The notes beneath the pieces were generated by a model. That model made no database searches. It was not told the DNA's origin and saw only the letters and a program-made list of their open reading frames with translations. 64,000 nt of DNA from Sarea resinae (Eukaryota), in contig JAPEUD010000001.1 in NCBI GenBank assembly GCA_026026165.1, positions 372,001 to 436,000 on the forward strand, written 5' to 3'. Of the stretch, positions 28,065 to 40,041 are shown in pieces; positions within the stretch are counted from its first letter, which is position 1; every line of letters starts with the position of its first letter. The translations under genes were made by a program, and so were the position numbers.

Positions 28065-28840
28065 CGAGGGTGATGGGGAAAAGGGAAGGGAAAATCAGCA
28101 CATAGGAAGAGATAGGAGTTCTATACACTTTTACAAGCGGAGATGGCGAAGGAAGAAGAAGAAGAAGAAGAAGAGAAGGAAGTGCAATCAGAAAGCAAGT
28201 GCGCTGGATTGATCTGCAAGATTGGAAAAGGAATTTACTCTAATCATGAGGACAGACGAGTAACAGCGTAATGTTCTCGAACGGAGATTGTGGAGTGAGA
28301 GTATGTACACCATCCATGGGATGTACGAGTATTCGTACCAGTCTTGGCAAGCACGCTCATGCGAGTTCTCGAGGGTCAGTCCGACTCGATCCACCAGCTA
28401 CGGAGTACAGCAGGGCAGCTGCAGTACAGCAGTACAGCCTACAGCCTACGACACGAGTGACTGAACGACATTTGAATCGCGGGGAAGCGAGTTGCAATTG
28501 GGACCAGCGACATACCGTGGCTGTCCGCATGAGTCCATCTGGTACCAAATCGTACTATTCCATAAAGTGATTGTGGCCAAAAGCCCTTGCAAGTTGGGGG
28601 GTCCAGCACTCCAGCTGTCTCTCTGTCTCTCTCACTCGGATCTACTAGGTACCTACCTAGAACATTGGCATTTCGATTGTTCATAATTGTCTGTCAGAGA
28701 TTCGAGACTCGAATTCAATGTATCTTCGTACTTCGGTGAACCATATTCAATACCATCATAACTGGCTCTAGAGAGTACCAACTCCAATATTTTGCCTGAT
28801 CCCACGCAGACGACGACGTCCATCCCCGCTCCAAAGACTC

Positions 28841-29663
28841 TTAGATGGGTTTGATCTGGCACAGTTCCTCGCGTGTTAGTATGCATACACATCTTTCGTT
28901 GCTTCGGCAATCTGCTTTTCCATTATCCGATTCGATCTTACCTTGAAATGCAGAGATATTAATGAGAATACCAGCGCCTTGAGATCTTGCACCAGGTAGT
29001 AGAAGACACGCAGTCCCTCGGGGTCTGCCGATTCTGTGACATCAACAAGCGACCCGATTTTAGCCGTCTGTGAATAGCAATCAGTAAAAGCCATCGAGTC
29101 TGTCTATATCTCTGGATGAGATGTGTACTTCAAAAGAGATGTGTTCGTTTCCAAGACGGATCTCGAGCTCCTGTCGTCCGTCCTTGTTCTTCTGGGGCCA
29201 TTTGGTGTCATCTTCCCTGTCGCCGTGTCAGTATCTGCGATCGACATGACACTCATTCCATTGCTCACTTCATTATCTCGCTATCCTTGATGATCCGCTT
29301 GATCTCAGAAATGAGGAGAGAGCTCACGCACACTGTGAGGCCCGTCAGATGGGCGAATTCAGTCATAATTATCAGGATCCCGTACTCTCTTTGCGAATGA
29401 GTGAGTCATTGCGATAATTCGAATTGTTTGCGTATCGTGCAGATGCGCTGCGTCCATCGCCGAGGGCACGGAAGTCGAATTCTAAGCAACATTAGCCAAT
29501 CAGCTTTACCTTTCACCCTTGGAATTCCCGTGTACCTAAAAACTCATGTCCAAACCGCCCAGAATGACCAGAGCTGTGCAGAAGCCATCAGCAGCTGGAA
29601 GAGACTGGGCATCAAAAGCTCTTACTAGTAGCGAACGTAAAAAGGCTCGTTCGAAGCCGCCAT
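28841..29663 (-). CDS. MAGO: Mago nashi, exon junction complex core
   Basis: Seven short exons: [30 protein letters not shown]...[17 protein letters not shown]|...|EDDTKWP...GRQELEI...|[10 protein letters not shown]...[15 protein letters not shown]. Confidence 0.96.
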
Positions 29664-30204
29664 AGCTTGAAGGTTGCGACACGCTGCCAGAGATGCTTGG
29701 TCGCTGGTATTCACCGATGACGAAAGGTGGTGAGGGCCGCAGAATAGCAAAGAATATCGTGATGGTGGAAAGTTTAACTGATTGATATGGCTGGGACGCT
29801 CTGCTTCACACCTCCAGTCTGAACAGCTTTGGTGGGGTGGACTAATCCGGTATAGCGCTCGCGTAAGGTATGGCACACAGTTTTGACAGGTAACAGGTAA
29901 GGTATGAAGAGGACAGCGACCATGAACAGACAGACCGTAGGCGTATTGTGAAGCTCACCCCAAGCAACGCCGACCTCCTTATCACCAATCGCCTTGCCGT
30001 TCATTGATCTCGACCGCACGCCCCAACGGTCACGCCTCTCTTTCAGGCCAATATCAGAGACTGGTGGTGAAAATAGCTGTTCAGGCATACCAAGTGATTG
30101 AGCATACCCTTTTACGACATTGGCGGTGCCTGGGGAAAGGGTTACAACGTAATCCGATCTTATAGCAACACTATCCCGACGATATCCTCTACAGAGCCAC
30201 CAAT

Positions 30205-33200
30205 ATGGCACTTTTTCTCGAGAATGCCTACAGTCTGGTGCACCAGGACAATGCGGCAGATCAGCCATCGGTCCAGGAGCTGAAGACGCAGCTAGAGAAG
30301 GGGACGGATGAGACCAAGGTTGAGACGATGAAGCAGATCTTAACAGTCATGCTCAACGGAGATCCAATGCCACAGCTTCTCATGCATATCATACGTTTCG
30401 TCATGCCATCCAAGGGAAAGGCATTGAAGAAGTTACTCTACTTCTACTACGAAATATGCCCGAAGCTGGATGCGAGTGGAAAGTTAAAGCAGGAGATGAT
30501 TCTAGTCTGGTTCGATATCTACCACCCCAAGAGCAGGATTGAAGTGTATCCTGCTAACTCTCATTTACAGCAACGGTATCCGCAATGATTTGCAACATCC
30601 AAATGAATATATTCGTGGCAACACCCTCCGATTCCTCTGCAAGCTCCGTGAGCCGGAGCTCATCGAGCCGCTACTATCTTCTGCGCGATCTTGTTTGGAA
30701 CACAGGCACGCATACGTACGAAAAAATGCAGTCTACGCCGTCTCTTCCATATACCAACACTCCGAATCTCTTATCCCTGATGCACCGGAGCTGATCCAGA
30801 CATTCTTGGAGTCAGAGAGCGACAATACTTGCAAGCGTAACGCCTTTGCCGCTCTTACTGCTATCAGTCATGAGAAAGCCCTAGAGTACCTCAGCAGTGT
30901 CTTTGAGGGCATTACCAGCGCAGATGAACTCCTACAACTGGTGGAACTGGAATTTATCCGCAAAGACGCCGTCCAAAATGCACAAAACAAGGTTCGCTCT
31001 CACGTTTGTTCTACTTCGTAGATCGTGTTCTGACATAACCGTAGGCTCGATATCTGCGACTGATCTTCGATCTTCTCGAGGCTGGAGCCAACACTGTTGT
31101 TTACGAGGCAGCTTCCTCGCTTACCTCTCTCACAAGCAATCCTGTAGCAGTCAAAGCTGCTGCTGCAAAGTTTATCGAATTGAGCATTAAGGAGCCTGAT
31201 AACAACGTCAAGCTGATAGTTTTGGACCGCGTGGATCAATTAAGGCAGAAAAATGAGGGCGTCCTAGACGATCTAGCAATGGAGATCCTGCGTGTTCTTT
31301 CCAGTCCAGACATTGATGTCCGAAGAAAAGCTCTGGGGTTAGCTCTAGAGATGGTCTCGAGCAAGAATGTCGAGGAGGTTGTCTTGTTGTTGAAGAAAGA
31401 ACTATCAAAAACCGTGGATGAGCAGTACGAAAAGGTGAAGAGTACCTTCTTAAAAGCGTAAATACCTGCTAACTGATTGATACAGAATAATGAGTATCGG
31501 CAGTTGCTCATACATTCTATTCACCAATGTGCCATCAGGTTTTCGGAAGTCGCCGCTAGCGTAGTAGAGCTTTTGATGGACTTCATCGCAGACTTCAATA
31601 ACACTTCAGCTGTCGATGTCATCTCCTTCGTCAAAGAGGTCGTTGAAAAGTTCCCTAAGCTCCGGCCTACAATCGTCGCTCGTCTAGTTTCCACTCTAAG
31701 CGAAGTTCGTGCTGGAAAGGTGTATCGGGGCGCACTGTGGATCGTTGGAGAGTATTCTCTTGAAGCCAACGATATTCGAGAAGCATGGAAACGAATCCGA
31801 GCAAGTCTTGGAGAGATCCCAATCTTGGCGTCTGAACAGCGTCTTCTCGAAGAAGTTCCGAATGAAAATGCTCAGCCAAAAGAGCAGACAAATGGGCATG
31901 CCAAGCCGTCGGCGCCCACAGGATCTCGCAAGGTATTGGCCGATGGTACATATGCGACTGAGAGCGCATTGACAAGTCAATCCGCGACAGCGGCCAAGAT
32001 TGAGGCCGTCAAAGCTGCGCAAAAGCCTCCATTGCGCCAGCTGATTCTGGATGGCGACTTCTATCTGGCCTCCGTCCTCTCCTCAACCCTGACTAAACTC
32101 GTGATGCGACATTCAGAAATATCTCCAGAAACCGCTCGGACAAACGCTTTACGTGCTGAAGCTATGCTCATCATGATTTCGATTATTCGGGCAGGTCAGT
32201 CTCAATTCGTCAAGGCGCCAATAGACGAGGACTCCGTGGACAGAATAATGTCCTGTGTCCGGTCACTTGCCGAATTCTCAGAAAATAAGGAACTAGAGAC
32301 GGTGTTCCTAGACGATACTAGGAAGGCATTCAGGGCGATGGTTCAGGCGGAGGAGAAGAAGCGCGCAGCCAAGGAAGCTGATGAGAAGGCCAAGACAGCC
32401 GTGCAGGTTGATGATATTGTGTCCATTCGGCAACTGGCTAAGAAGACTGCTGTTGATGGTACTGATGAAATCGAGCTAGACCTTGAGCGGGCAACTGGTG
32501 GCGACTCTACCGTAGAGGATCTTTCCTCTAAGCTGAGCAGAGTTGTCCAGTTGACCGGTTTCTCGGATCCTGTCTACGCAGAAGCATACGTCAAAGTACA
32601 TCAATTTGATATTGTTTTGGATGTTCTCCTCGTCAACCAGACCACGGAAACTTTACAGAATCTCTCTGTTGAGTTTGCCACTCTGGGAGACTTGAAAGTT
32701 GTCGAGCGACCGACGACACAAAATCTTGGTGCACACGATTTCTTCAACGTTCAGTGTACAATCAAGGTTTCATCGACAGATACTGGCGTTATATTTGGCA
32801 ACGTTGTGTACGACGGACCAAGTTCAACAGAAAGCAACGTCGTCATACTCAACGATGTCCATGTAGACATCATGGACTACATTCAGCCGGCAACTTGCAC
32901 GGAGACCCAGTTCAGAACTATGTGGACGGAATTCGAATGGGAGAACAAGGTCAACATCAATTCGAAAGCCAAGTCGTTGCGTGAATTCCTTGCGCAACTG
33001 ATGGCTTGTACAAACATGAACTGTCTGACACCGGAGGCATCACTCAAAGGTGACTGTCAATTTTTGAGTGCCAATCTCTACGCTCGAAGTGTTTTTGGTA
33101 AGAATTGCCTGCCCATCAGATGAGATGATTATACTGATAAATGATGCAGGCGAGGACGCGCTGGCGAATCTTAGCATCGAGAAAGAGGGCGACGATGGTC

Positions 33201-33295
33201 CCGTCACCGGCTTTGTCCGGATCCGCAGTCGATCGCAAGGTCTTGCTCTAAGCCTCGGCTCGCTAAAAGGACTTAACAAGGCAGGGGAGGCATGA
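30205..33295 (+). CDS. SEC26: Coatomer (COPI) beta subunit
   Basis: '[11 protein letters not shown]', '[19 protein letters not shown]', '[12 protein letters not shown]', '[14 protein letters not shown]', '[14 protein letters not shown]', '[14 protein letters not shown]'. Five exons; divergent from mago nashi. Confidence 0.97.
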
Positions 33296-34487
33296 ATGGA
33301 GAGTTGTCGGGTTTGGTGTGAGTCGAGTTTACTGGCCTGTGGGTCTCAGCGTGAGGTGTGCATCTACTCCTGTGCCTGGTTGCTCTCCTATTTGACGGCG
33401 TTTGTCCACTCTTCCTTCTAAGTAGCTCTGGCAGTCGTCCTTTGATTATTGCACAGGCCTAAAATTCAGACTAGAATACGGGAAGATAGTAATGAAGGGA
33501 TGCATGGTCACAGAACGTTCTATCATTGTACTATTTAGAGCTGGACGTGCGGAATAGATAGGTATGCGTGTACAGTTACAGTTACCCGTACAAGGTATCC
33601 TCGTCGCGGGATGTACGAAGTACGAAGTACTTCCTGTAGCTTGTTCCGGTACTGTCAAAGCCCCGGGGTCTGACTGGTCAGGGTCTCGGCGAAAGCGCGG
33701 TGAGGCCTAGGTACAGGTAGGTCTATGAACTACGGAGCTGGTACCTACCGGGCCACTGTAGGTGACTCAGGTACCAGAAGATCTGATGACTGGCTGTGAC
33801 AGCTGCAGATGCGACTGCGGTACGGCTTGAGAGGAAAAGGAAAGCTCAACAATACTTCCAGCGGAAAAGGTACCTTGTGTCAGAGTTGGACAGCTGTCAA
33901 TCAGCGGTAGCAATACTCCGTACATGGTCTCATTATTGATCTGAAAAAATGGTCAGATGCATTCGTCCTCATGGCTTCTCTCTACCGCAGTAGGTAGAGA
34001 GTATCTCAGGTACCTGTTCCGACGTGGAAGCTGAGGCAATTGTCAAAGTCTCGTGGGCAGGTCTTGGCAACAAAAGGTACGAAGTACAGGAGGCGGTAAG
34101 GGAAAGAAGCGGATTGTCCGGAAGAACGCATGCGTGCGAGCCCTGGAGGTACGGAGGTACTGTTGCGTGTACGAAGTACCATGTACGAGGTAATCCTCAG
34201 CTGCCTCGCGTATGTGGGTGGTTCTTCATACCATCATATCATCTACATGCAGATCTCTGATCAATCCATTGATCTCTGATATCGATCATTCATCCATACC
34301 TACAGCCTACCTACTACTCTATCCACCTCTGGCGTACCTGGTAGCCGTCTCGCCCAGACCCAGCTAACCACCAGCTCACGCAACTCACCGGCCTTCCTTT
34401 GATAACGATGGCTTCTTCCACCTTTCATTCATGATAACCCACCGTTCTCCTTCGGAGTTCCAGCATGCTTCACTGCCTGGAAACACC

Positions 34488-36159
34488 ATGACCTCTGATG
34501 CACGAGTCGCTGGCGACCCATTCGCTGATCCAAGCGATTCGGACCAGCAGCGAGATGTCCTTGTCGCCCTCGAATCTACCCTGTCCGTTGGGAGGGATGT
34601 TTCCTTGTCCTTGGGGACCGATTCATTGATTGTTTTAGGTGAGATCCGACTACTACTTATGGCATACCGACATGGCCTCCTGGGACTGACTCACGCCTTG
34701 TAGATGAAAGCTTGGTTGGGGCAGATCGTGGCCTTTGTTGCGGCATCATCCCTCGTGGTAAGACCAATACGCGCGGCGCAAGGAGCTCTCCGATGCTAAA
34801 CAACCAATAGCACCCAAGACCACCTACGCTGTCCCCTTATATAACGTCCTCTGGGCCGAACTCACCGAATTTGATTTAACTATCCACTACGCACGGTCGC
34901 AGTCGCAGGACAGCGTTCGAGTCGCATTCATCAATTACAGCATCGAAAAGACGGAGAGAGCTAGAGCATCAGCATGGATAGCCAGGCTTTTAGATCGGGC
35001 GTACGGAGAAGCGCAGCGAGAGAAACGGATTAAGGTGTTGATCAATCCATTCGGCGGAAAGGGCGCCGCTCAGAGAAATTACGTACGGGACATCGAGCCG
35101 ATACTTGCTGCGGCGCACTGCACGATCGATGTGGAGCAAACCAAGTATCAGGGCCATGCTGTTGATATTGCAGAGAAGCTAGATATCGATGCCTATGATG
35201 TCATAGCGTGTTGCTCCGGAGATGGCGTGCCGCACGAGGTCTTCAATGGGCTGGCGAAGAAGGGAGACGCAAGGAAGGCTTTATCAAAGATAGCAGTTGT
35301 GCAGCTCCCTTGCGGATCAGGAAATGCCATGAGCCTCAACCTCAACGGCACGATCAGCCCGAGCATAGCCGGACATTGCTTGGTCAAAGGGCTCCGAACC
35401 CCCTTGGATCTCGTCTCAATTACCCAAGGCGACCGCCGGACATTATCCTTCCTATCGCAGTCAGTCGGCATTGTGGCTGAGAGTGATCTTGGTACAGACA
35501 ACATCAGATGGATGGGAAGTGCTCGCTTTACAGTTGGCTTTCTCGTCCGTTTACTTCGAGACTCTCTATATCCGTGTGATATCGCCGTTGGGGTTGAAAT
35601 TGCGGACAAGCCTTCCATCAAAGAGCATTACGAGCGTGAGGTTCAGAAGCGGACGGTAGCCAAAAACAGGAGGGAAACTCCGGCGGTGATCGAAGAGTCG
35701 GCCTCTACCGCGTCCAATGACTCCAATAGCTTGCCACCCCTAAGATTCGGAACGATCAACGATTCTTTGCCCAAGAGCTGGAACATGGTTCCCTATGACA
35801 ACCTGGGCAACTTCTACGCAGGTAATATGGCTTACATGTCCAGTGACGCGAATTTCTTTCCAGCCGCTCTCCCGGATGATGGGTATCAAGATCTCGTCTG
35901 CATAGACGGTGACATTAGTCGGGCAGCTGCGCTGCGTGCAATGTTAGCAGTGGAAAAGGGCACGTTCTTCAACTTGCCTTATGTGGGCTATCGGAAAATT
36001 ACGGGCTATCGGATTATACCTAAGGCGCAAGGAGATGGCTACATCAGTATCGATGGCGAGAGAATACCCTTCAAGCCTTTCCAGGCAGAAGTACATAGAG
36101 GTCTGGGCACTGTGCTCTCCAAAAACGGGCAGATCTATGAAGCTATGGGACCACCTTGA
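34488..36159 (+). CDS. Sphingoid long-chain base kinase (Lcb4/Lcb5, DAGK family)
   Basis: 'LINPFGGKG', 'CCSGDGVPHEVFNGL', 'QLPCGSGNAMS', 'ESDLGTDNIRWMGSARF', 'ISIDGE'. A small second exon encodes GLCCG. An alternative in-frame ATG lies at 34431. Confidence 0.92.
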
Positions 36160-36299
36160 GCTTCTTCTCTGCTGTCGACTCTCATGGCAGGTTTATCTAC
36201 ATGTTTGGCGTTTTATTTATACCTTACTATTGTCGATACAGTTGCGGAACACTGTTGTGCATAGCTAGCCATTGTGCATAGCTTAAGAATTTACGTGTA

Positions 36300-37620
36300 G
36301 ATTTGTAGTTTAGAACATAGATTCATCTCAATTAAAGTTACTAGAAAGCCTTACACCGATGCTATTACTATATGATTCTGTTTAGTGGTAGTAGCTAGGT
36401 AATTCACTCTCTTCTACTACGCCCTTATTATTTTAAGCAGCTCTAATATTTGTTCTAGTCTGTTCTTAGATCTCTCTGCTATATCCTCTCTTCTTAATAA
36501 TCTAGTTAGTTTAAAAATATTATCTAGCCCCTTATAAAGTCTCTCTATCTAATTAAACTTAACCTTGTTTACTCTAACTTATAAAGTAGTTCTAGCAATT
36601 TCTTATATAGCTAAATGTATATCTATTCACTCTTATAAAGAGCGCTAATATATTATAGGTAAATACAAATATATAAGGTAAGTATAAACTAGAATAAGCT
36701 AGGTTGTTAGTAATTTTAGTGTATATAGTAATACTTAAGGTAGATACTAAGGTTTACCTAGGTACTAACCTATAATATATAGATTGATTATTAGACTAGA
36801 TTATTAAATAAAAAAGAGAGTTATATTACTACTTATTAATAATTTACTAAAATATAAATAAGAAAGTCTTTAAAGAGTAAGTTATTATAAAGACTCTACT
36901 AATATAAGCTTTCTCGCTTAGTATATACCTATTAGGTTACTAATCTAGTAAGTAAGTACTTACTATATAGGTAGGTAGGTACTTAAGTATCTATACTTAA
37001 CTTCTAATATCTATTAGATCTACTCTTAGAAGTAAAGTTATTCTTTACTACCTCTTACTCTTACTCTCTAATTTTTTTAAGTGATATAACTTTCTAAGCT
37101 AAGAATAAAATGCCGACTGTAAGTTTACTATATCTCTTTAAAAGTATATTATCTTTTTTATACACCTTTAATCTCTAGCTTTTCTCTTTATAACTTAATT
37201 CTAAGAGAAAGTTAGAATTCTAAGACTTAGATTCTAAGACATACTCTAATATATTACCTAATATCACTTAAGAAGATAATTGCTAATACTACTTAAAAAA
37301 CAGTCTAATAGAAGTCTATCTTCTAACTCCTTACAACAATATACTGTATGTTTTCTTAGCTTATATAGAATTACTAGATATTCTAACCTAATACTAATGT
37401 TAATACCTTATCTAGAACTCTAAAATTGTCGACTACAAAGTATTACAACGTGGTGTAAGTCTTACCTTACTATCTATCTACTAGTGTTTTTATAAAACTA
37501 AGTATATTGTTAAGAAGAACAAGTGATTTCCTAGTACAACCTGTACAGCTATTTGCTATACTCTGTCAAGACAAAGAAAGCTCTTAAAGGTTGTAAGAAA
37601 ATAGCCTAGAGGTGCTAATG
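36300..37620. other. AT-rich island with RIP-type mutational signature
   Basis: Hand counts give 10/60, 15/60 and 16/60 G+C in the lines starting at 36781, 36481 and 37201. The lines starting at 36721, 36841, 36961 and 37021 have no CpA, TpG or CpG and are saturated with TpA. Flanks are about 50% GC. Confidence 0.9.
36378..36620 (-). pseudogene. Possible RIP-eroded coding remnant of unknown origin
   Basis: 43 open codons at 36548-36420 (IERLYKGLDNIFKLTRLLRREDIAERSKNRLEQILELLKIIRA), bounded by TAG/TAA codons that could be C-to-T products. Confidence 0.3.
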
Positions 37621-39109
37621 AGGAAAAGATACTCCGCACCTATCTCAAAAACGTGTCAGTCTTAGTCCAACGCTATCCATTCAAGACGAAGACAGACTAC
37701 CTGCAGAAACACCCAGGAGGCAGCCGAACCGTGGAAGATCAGATGGGGACGGAAATAGAAGTAGTGCTGGCATTGATCTGTCCCCTTCTCGGGATTCTTC
37801 AGGAAGCCGTGACCGGAGCCACTTGAGACGCGGCCCGCAGAAAGATTACAGGGTGAAGCTCTCACTTACTCGACAGACAGACACCAAGGATACCACCAGA
37901 CGCGCATCCACGAACGGAGATCGAGTACACAAGGTAAGCAAGATACATGACTCTACTTTCCGTCTCGTGTCTGTTTCAATTGACACCCTTCCATTTCTCA
38001 TAATCTTGCTCGAACTCACTATCCATGCACGTGATCCTAACATCAAACCAGATACAGGATCCGATTTATTCCAATACTCTGTCTACATTGAACACCTCTA
38101 CGTCTCTGACCAGGTAGGTCATATTGATTTTCACGCGGCTCTCTTTGCTTTACTAATTTCAATAGAGCAGGAAGTAGGGCTCAGATCTCGGGCGTGAAGC
38201 CTCCTCTCTATGTTCAGAACAGCATCGATAATGACTGGCCGATCAAAAACGGCTTCAATCTGATAGAAGCGTCTATCTACCGAGAAGGTGTCTCTCTCGT
38301 AGAGGAGGACTTCAATGCTGGTTGTGACTGCGACCCGCAGGGCTGCGAAAATGCGTCAGATTGTGCGTGCCTGTCAGAAACGGACCTGAAAGATTCTCCC
38401 TATCATACGATAGGCATGAAAGCAGGAACCCTAAAAGACGTATATCTGGAGGGATCGGCTGCAATCTTTGAGTGTAATCAAAACTGTGCCTGCGACGAGA
38501 ATTGCCCAAACAAACTTGTCCAAAAAGGCCGCAAGGTACCACTAGAGATATTCAAGACTCACAATCGTGGGTGGGGTAAGCCTTCGTTGTTTATGGTACA
38601 CTCTATTTCTCCAGCCCCATACTGACTTCTCTCTAGGTCTTCGAACCCTAGTGGCTCTGAGGAAAGGGGAATTTGTTGATACATACAAAGGAGAGTTGAT
38701 TACTGAAGAGGAGGCCTCTAGGCGTGACGCGAAGCGCCAAGTGAAAGACGTTTACACCTTTGCTCTCGACAAGTTTCATGGCGACAACCCTGACAACGAA
38801 AGACTGCGAGACAACAAATATGTCATCGATGGAGAGGTTCTTGGGGGTATTACACGCTTCATAAACCATTCTTGCGATCCGAATCTCCGAATCTTTGCCG
38901 TCTCTTACAACCATGCAGACTTTTGCATCTACGACCTTGCCTTCTTTTCCACGGAGGATGTTCCCGCAAGGACTGAGCTCACGTTTGATTATACTGGACA
39001 GGAGGCGTCCGATAGTATTCCAGACCGTACCTCTTCGGGAGTTAGTAAGGAGAAGATGACGAGGTGCCTCTGCGGCAGCGAAAACTGCAAGGGAGTCCTA
39101 TGGATGTAA
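37110..39109 (+). CDS. dim-5: Histone H3K9 methyltransferase DIM-5/Clr4/ClrD (pre-SET, SET, post-SET); proposed 8-exon, 465-aa model
   Basis: Pre-SET GCDC..C..CAC...IFECNQNCAC..C, 'RGWG|LR', 'RFINHSCDPN', 'ELTFDY', post-SET 'CLCGSENCKGVLW'. Proposed exons: 37110-37118, 37304-37345, 37416-37454, 37535-37592, 37629-37933, 38052-38113, 38166-38575, 38637-39109 (1398 nt, open). Family call is firm; the first four exons are inferred. Confidence 0.85.
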
Positions 39110-40007
39110 AGATGAAGAACCTTTGAGTGAGCATGGAGAAGTGGGGCCCGGAGAGCGATGGTATGGGACTCGACGTTGATAGTGATTCTCGATTTGGGAA
39201 TGCATGCCACCACAGGCAGACCATTGAGCTTGCACACTTCTCGGGCGTTCTTTTTCGGCATGATAGAGAGGATCTTCTCATGAAGCGTTTCGCTGTTCCT
39301 TCTTTTTCTTCGATGAGCTCAACAAGGCTGTATCAGGTAGCATGAAGATTGATACCAGTCCCGAGAGTTCTGCTATCCCACGGCCTAGGAGAGGATCCAG
39401 CTCCTCAACTCGTGGCGGCCACGGTGCGCCATGCTCTCCCGTGAAGTTGGTGATGTTATGCAATAGGCCATTAAGCACGAGCGGAGACGCCCCATATTCT
39501 CATCCTGCATCTTTCTGGTAGTGGCCACAAGGATCCGACAACTCGAGTATTGCCATCGACATGGGCAGTGTTGTGAAGCGAACTGCTGAAGTGAGCAAAC
39601 CATTCTGATCTCAACTGCCGCTCTTGGCGGGTCCAGGTTTAGCAAGTGCTCGAGGCCGTGGCACACTTGTGGCGGGCCGTTGGAAGTACGAATAGTGAAG
39701 CCGATTGTACATTCACGTAGGTATGTCAGTATGCAGCAGTTTTCTGATCCCTTCAAGAACTAGACTACTGGTTCAGTATCAGACTACGAATACATGGTCC
39801 CATGCACGAGGGTTCAGGTCCAATTGAATTCCACGGGTGAAGGATCTTCTGCATGAACGTCTCAGAACGCCTCATCACATCAATGATCAGATCAGAAGCG
39901 TCCGACATGACGCCAAACCGATCATCAAAGTTGCAATCGAGTGATGAATAGCCTACCTGCCTTACTTTGCCTGAACTTGCCTTACCTCCTCACCTTCTTA
40001 CCCCTCA

Positions 40008-40041
40008 ATGATGATGATGATGATCGATGATGATCGATGAT
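40008..40041. repeat. Imperfect (GAT)n microsatellite
   Basis: atgatgatgatgatgatcgatgatgatcgatgat. Confidence 0.8.

Noticed and set aside
37607..37609. TAG in dim-5 as an A-to-I editing-corrected premature stop
   Set aside because: TAA and TGA follow in the same frame within four codons, so a short intron or RIP damage is the simpler explanation.
36300..37620. AT island as a NUMT, centromere fragment or intact transposon
   Set aside because: Selective loss of CpA/TpG/CpG with TpA excess fits RIP or methylation decay rather than mitochondrial DNA. It is too short and gene-flanked for a centromere. I see no terminal repeats or TE protein motifs, though a decayed TE fragment in the left part is not excluded.
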